Source: Octopus sinensis (taxonomy: Eukaryota). Taken from it: a DNA stretch of 64,000 nucleotides. Below the pieces are notes generated by a model. That model was given only the letters and a program-made list of their open reading frames with translations. It was not told the origin of the DNA and did not search any database. The stretch spans positions 102,858,001 through 102,922,000 of the forward strand of contig NC_042998.1 in the NCBI RefSeq assembly GCF_006345805.1, in the 5' to 3' direction. Of the stretch, positions 57,687 through 64,000 are shown one piece after another (position 1 is the stretch's first letter; the number at the start of each line of letters is the position of its first letter). The position numbers and the translations under genes were made by a program.

Positions 57687-59073
57687 TGTTACAAACAAGT
57701 ATCAAGCGAAATAACGCGAAATTAACACTGGATATATTATTTATATTTAATTGAGATAAACGAAAATGGATTACATTGGATTTACAATTGGAAATCGTCA
57801 GTAAATAAATTATTCATATTCAGGAAAAAATATTCAGAGTTAAAATTGCTTAATTTGCAAATATAACTATAATATATTTATATGAATATTCTCATAATGA
57901 GAAGAGAAAAGAAATTAGTGTCTTACCCAAATAAATTATGAATTGAAACACTGTCTGTGTATATATAGCTTATTTTCATTCTATGAACAATAAACAATGT
58001 CCAACGTCTTAAAACGGGATTGATTAGATCCTGTGTAATCTTACATCTGAAAAAGCTTATCCACGTAGCATACATTATCATTTCTGTATAGTTTCAGTGT
58101 ATAGTCTCTGTATAGTTTCTGTACAGTCTCTTAGTGTAGATAAATATCCCAACTTTTTCTTTAACAGAGATAGTATTACGTATATTGTTACGATATACTA
58201 GTTACACGATCACCTGAAGTAACTTTAATACAATGTACCAGAAAATATTTTAGCCTACCCAAACATACAAATTCCATGTAATGATCTGCTAAGTATTTAT
58301 TTTCCAGAATGAATAATCGTTAACCTGTCTCATACAATCACATACGTTGTGACAGGAGTAACGTTCTGGCGATATTTAGACAGCGTCGCGTTCCAGATAT
58401 CCACCACATACGTCTATGAAATACTCCATTAATGTTTGGCTTATATATGCAAAGTGTGTTTGTGGGTTCATTGAATTATCGGTAAGGAGTAGGACCCATA
58501 GAATGTCCCGATCTAAGGTGGAATGTGAGATTATAACGCAGCAGAAGTTTGAAAGGCATATCTTTGAAAGTGAATATCCTTCATGACAACAAAATGAAAT
58601 ATCGTTTTTTTTCTACAAATTGTTACTGCAGGCTTTTGGAATATATGCACTCATCCATGGAGGTAGCATTGGTAACTTGAGTTCCGGGAGTGTAAGATAG
58701 GGTCCTACACAGTACACACAAATTGAGATTATGTAAGATATTATTGTAGTCAAGAATTCTTCAGATGAAAAGATGGAGTTTCCTCTGAAGAAAAGCATAT
58801 GATGCAATTATCGTGCAGTCGTTGGCCATCAGGCCCGTATGTTATCTTATCAGGTCATGGCTTTCCATAGGGAAGATCTACACTCCCTCGTGCAACTTAT
58901 GAAATCCTACTAACTGCAGGAGGAATGTGGAATGGAGTTTGTGCGGTTGCATATTTATGTCCGTTATGGCGTGCAATGTTACAAATGATGTTATCTACAG
59001 AGTTTTCATCTATCTTTTTTTGTATCAGAAGTCATTGAATAATTTTATATAAGCAGAGAAAATAATCTTTATT

Positions 59074-60255
59074 TTAAGGGTTTTGAAAAATGTCACCCCA
59101 ACTGAAGAAATCTAACACCAATTTTTACCCAAATCATGCAAAATTCTAGGGGTGTTCATAATGCCAATTCAAGTTTTTACCAAACTTGGTGTGCTGACTT
59201 AATGCAATGCAAAAGCAGTATATCTCAAATTTCAGCATTCAAGTTTAAGCAGTTTATAATTTATAGAGTTATAATTTATAGATATTTTGAAAATATCCTC
59301 GTCCTCTCCTTTTTTATTTCCATGAAATTTCAAATTGTCGGTCGCTACCTGTTCCTTGGAGGTACCATCAAAGGAATGAAAAAAAGAACAAAGAAAATTT
59401 CGAAAGAAGTAACATTTTTATGGCAAAAGAAATTTGATATCCCATATTATACCTATCAATTGAAAATATACAAGTAGATATGTGCTGAATAAATGCGTAA
59501 AACGCATTTATTGAAACAAATTTTTGACATCAGAAAGGAACACGGTGAACGGCTGTGCAGTGAGGAGAAGAAGGTTATATTAGCTTCAAATTGAAAGCAA
59601 AGAACACTTTGGGTATGCAACTGGAACGGCAGTCAGTTCGAAAACAATCCATTCATCCAAAAGAAGAAAAATGTCCTTAATGCCAACTTCAACCAGAGAA
59701 ACTCCAGTGTCATCGCCGACGTCCGAAGCAGAGATTGACAGTGAATATCAAGAGTCCGAAAAATCAGATGAAACATCCACACAAACAAGGAGGAAATATA
59801 ACAAAACTGGAACTGCAACCAAGATAGTAATGTTTTCCAAGCTATCAATCCAAAAAGCAGATCGACTATCAAAGAAGCTGTTAAACTAAAAAAGGAAAAT
59901 TAAGAAAACACTACATTTAGACAACTGGTCATTGCATTTTAATGGTAAACGTATTGATAACTAAGAATACCAAGTGCTAGTTTTAAAAAATGAACTGAGA
60001 GAAGCTAAGTTAGAAGCAGTCCAATTACCAAACGGAAATGTCGATGCTGTTATGAAAGGAATAACGGTTGTTTTAAATTAATAAAATTTATGGAACTGTG
60101 TAAAGATGATTGTCGCTGATATAGCGAGTGTGAACACTGAGAAAAGAAATATATTGTCATTCAGTTGCAAAGACTCTTTGCTCAAAGGAGTTTGAAGGAA
60201 CTGCAATTTATTGATTGTCAGCATCATATCCGTGATAGAGTTCTTTGTGTCGTAA
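59074..60255 (+). mobile_element. Decayed hAT-like (hATm-type) DNA transposon fragment
   Basis: WSLHFNGKRI, VKMIVADIASVNT and QFIDCQHHIRDRVL correspond to the LHWDGK, DTTASNTG and CRHHI.E motifs; stops present. Left boundary tentative. Confidence 0.62.
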
Positions 60256-60689
60256 TTCCTAACCGCCTCAGCTACCACCATCACCACCACCACTACCACC
60301 GCCACTATCATCACCCCCACCTCTGCCTCTATCACAACTACACCTCATCCTATTTCTCTCACCCCATTACCATCACAAAACGCTAAACGTGTGTGCTTGT
60401 TCAGTATGTTAGTTCAGTGTTTAGTCCCTATTTCTCTCACATACCCACTCTTTCTCTCTCTGTTATTATTACTCCCACTGCCACCATCAACTCTTCTACG
60501 TTTAATAAAACATTAACTCTCTCTAAATTTCTTGTCTCTCTTTCTATCCCGCTCTTTTCCTCCCATTCTCTCTCCGTCTGTCTTCGCCACCCCTCACCAT
60601 CTTTTTGCCTACTATTACTCTACCCCGACATGAGCAATAGTAGAAGGGTCATTGAATAGTGAAAAAGGGGATCAAAGTGTGATACACTG

Positions 60690-61250
60690 ACACAGAAATT
60701 AGTTTTCGCATTTATTATAATAGGCATGCTACTGATTAGATGACGAGTATATTCTTGAGGAATTTCTTGCGAAGCTCCATGCAGTAATTGCAAGTGGTCT
60801 AGCTTTGAGGGTGCTTTCTTGTTCTTTCTACGATGTGCCTTCTTCATTATGCCTGGAGATGTTCAATAGGGTTCATGTCTAGATATAAAGCCGATCGAAC
60901 ACCGACGAGCATAATGAACAGGACAATCGAGCAATTGTCGATGGCAGCCTACAAAACCTACATGTGAAGCGGGGAGTGTTTGTTAGAGACCATAGGGATG
61001 AATAACGAAACCTGCCAAATGGCCAACGGATTCATTTGAGTCAATTGCCACCGGGAGTTGGACCCCCTAGTATTTGTTTATACAACTCTCTAGAAGAGAA
61101 AATATGAAATAATAGCTCTGACTTAGTTTGATGTAAATTAGTCCTTCTTTTGGGGCACATGCATATGTTTAGACATTGACATTGCAGTTGGGCAAAGTCA
61201 TTCCTCACTTCAAAAGGCATCAAGCACAAGCATTGCTTGGTTTTGAAAAT
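60690..61250 (-). mobile_element. Decayed Tc1-like transposase fragment
   Basis: Minus-strand LDMNPIEHL (SPDLNPIEHLW-like) followed by QEIPQEYTRHLISSMP..INAK. Confidence 0.65.
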
Positions 61251-61749
61251 CTCTCTTAACATATCTATTACGCATTACACGCTGTTTGACCACAGCTGTG
61301 CAAGATAAAACGTCCAATGAAAGATACATGATGGTATAAAGGAATGCCTCAATTTGAGTGGTAAGCTCTGATCACACAAGGCAAAAGGCACCAGTCATTA
61401 CCGTATCAGTGCAAAAGTGGGTAAGTCTGTAAAATGACCGAAAGGTGATAACCGTACTCTTATATATGAGAGAACAATAAGGTAATGACATGGCTCTAAA
61501 TTGATAAGCAGCTGTTATATAAGTGTACATGCAATTGTGACTTCCTATGACCTAGTTATCTAGCATAGTTTCTAGTTTACACATCAGTTAGATATATTTC
61601 GGTGTCTGTACTCAGTATTAAATTGATTTGTAGTCTCCGTGTTTCAAGTATCAGACCTGCACAACAATCACGTGTTTTGTTTTATGAGTTTAAAAAAATA
61701 TTTAATCGATATTTAATCCTTGCTTTCATATTTTCTTTTTATTTGTATA

Positions 61750-61820
61750 CTAGCATTATGACCCATCGTTGCCGGGTCATAGTGCTAGTGCATGTATATG
61801 TGTAAATATATGTGTACATA

Positions 61821-61885
<65 letters not shown>

Positions 61886-63220
61886 TACACATAAAATACA
61901 AAATACAAAGTTATATCTTGATATCGCTAGTGATAACAATACTCAAAATATATAACAGACTGGGATTGTAGGCCCGTCTCTTGCAATTTCCATCAATTGC
62001 ATCTTGTCCTCCCTCTGGCATAGAAGTGTGGCTACAATCCAGCCTACCTCTACTTCTGGGGGGACATTTTAAATTTTTATCCGGGACGTCCTATGTCCCA
62101 GATATAAAGGTAAAAATAAGATATTTCCACTTTGTAAGGTTCGAGTCGAGTACTCCTTTGCACGCTCCGTTGACTCGAACCTTGCTTCTATTGTGGGGAA
62201 TTTACCGCCTCTGGTTAGATACTTGATATCTTTCATAGTCGCACCAAGACACTTTTCGAAGGTGCTTTCCTCCAGGTGTTCAAATCTTTTTTCTCTACAT
62301 TGTATACTTTATAGACAATAGTCTTTTCTTTAATTTAATTTTTTATTTCGTTTGGTGGTGTTATCCTAGATTCACCGTCATTATCAGTGATCAATCCGAA
62401 ATAGGTTTGCATTTCTTCCATTTCAATTTTAATGAGTTCGCGCCCGCCGACGGCTGCAGCGAAATTCATTTTTGGACTTTCTTCTATCGAAGACATTTTT
62501 AAAAAATGCTTCCGTATAAACGGTGAAAATATTGTCGGAATTGAATCGTGTCCCCAAACAGGGTGCATCAAATAGCAGTACGCAGTTGAAGCTATAGTCC
62601 GTTATGTATAAGAAATAAACCAACAGCAGTACTCAGTAGAGGTGGCTGTTCAAGAAAACAGACATTATATACAGCCAAACTTCATATAGATACTTAATGC
62701 TAAATAATTAGCAGATAATCTAATGTAAAAGCTGTGGTAAAAGGTATGTGCACACCTCCATCTGGACTATTCCATTTCTGCACACTAATTTTATTTTTAA
62801 TTTATTCCCATTTATGTGAAACCACTTATTCAAGTGCAATTTTATACCAATTGCTATTTTTACTTTTGTTATGTTACGATTTTATAATACTTTAGTTTGA
62901 TTTTAATTATTACATACTACATATAATTCAATTGTTATTATTATTTTTATTGTTAAAGTGAAAGCATCTGACATAGAATAGAGAAATGTTTTTGTTTCAT
63001 TTTTATCACGTAATAGTGAAATAGTGGAGAAGATATGATATTGCCATGGGCTCGTCCTAGACAAGAGGTTGAACATCTTTTTGCCGATGACACTCCCCGG
63101 ACCCTAAGTAAGGCATGTGAAAAATTTGAATGAAATTGGTCGTGTAGTTCTGAAGTTTTAGGGAAACACACAGACAGACAAACAGACAAACACACATTCT
63201 CAGTTTTATATATAGAGAGA
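61750..63220 (-). mobile_element. Non-autonomous Helitron (long form), same family as 43325-43911
   Basis: Minus A|TCTCTCTATATATAAAACTGAGAATG at 63220; CTAG|T end at 61750; 61750-62095 and 62945-63220 match the short copy, while 62096-62945 is extra. Confidence 0.86.
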
Positions 63221-63607
63221 TTACTGGAGTAGGAACTATTCGTATTCCATTGTTATCTGTCTTTAAATATTGGTGTCTTCTCCTTAATTTCGTTTATTGA
63301 AGATTCATATCTCCAAAAATACCCTTCAAAATATAATATTCATTATGTGTAGAAATATTCTGTTAAATACTTCTATAATAACACGTGGATTTTTTAAGGC
63401 GTATAGGAAATGAATTTTCGAAATGTCATTGATATTGTTTATCTACCATTTATCAAAAAATATATACGTGCATACATACATACATACGCATACACACACA
63501 TATTAATATTATATACTATATACTATATACATATATCTACATGTATTCATATATATATATACATATATATATACATCATCATCATCATCATTTAGCGTCC
63601 GCTTATT

Positions 63608-63668
<61 letters not shown>

Positions 63669-64000
63669 TATATACATACATACATATATATATATCGATT
63701 CAGATGAATATGCTACTTAAGTTAAAAGCACCGGAATTTGGTATTCTATTATCCATATAAATCAAGTGGGGTGATTATAATCACGATAAACAACAAGGAC
63801 ACCCAAAGTATTGTAGTACAATCGTTTCATGCTTCATCATTTTATTATACACTGTAAGTACAAAAATGTACATTGTCCATTTAATTTTAAAAAATCTATA
63901 TGTGGCTGAAGATTGCTCGACATTTTAAAACTAATGGAATTCTTACAGTGTTAAATAAAATGAAGTAGCATGAAACGATTTTACTACACTACCTTGGATA

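Noticed and set aside
62136-62183. tRNA or terminator call for the GGTTCGAGTC hairpin
   Set aside because: No A-box or cloverleaf and no U-tract; kept only as a structural observation.

Overview
AT-rich, microsatellite-dense eukaryotic DNA with no supportable host protein-coding gene, rRNA, true tRNA or CRISPR array. It reads as intergenic or deep-intronic sequence, most likely from an octopus genome (inference from recalled SINE families, not from a search). Almost all interpretable content is transposon-derived: two tRNA-headed SINE families (one forming dimers and a tetramer of a ~185-bp module), a decayed HERO-like RLE LINE plus a second 3' fragment, a nested cluster of (TAA)n-targeted R4/Dong-like insertions, RTE LINE relics, an ORF1/zinc-knuckle relic, four Helitron-type elements with TC...CTAG ends, mariner, Tc1, hAT-like and piggyBac-MITE fragments, Penelope-like (PLE) relics and several foldback structures. 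The most interesting signals are (i) six minimal hammerhead-ribozyme (HHR) motifs with palindromic stem III, one with a fully canonical core at 7526-7615 on the minus strand, and (ii) a head-to-head palindromic element at ~5681-6920 whose arms combine a tRNA-like Pol III head, a (TAA)n spacer and an HHR-bearing tail, with one spacer hit by a (TAA)n-targeted element. All family assignments come from motif recognition by eye; boundaries are approximate unless termini are quoted.
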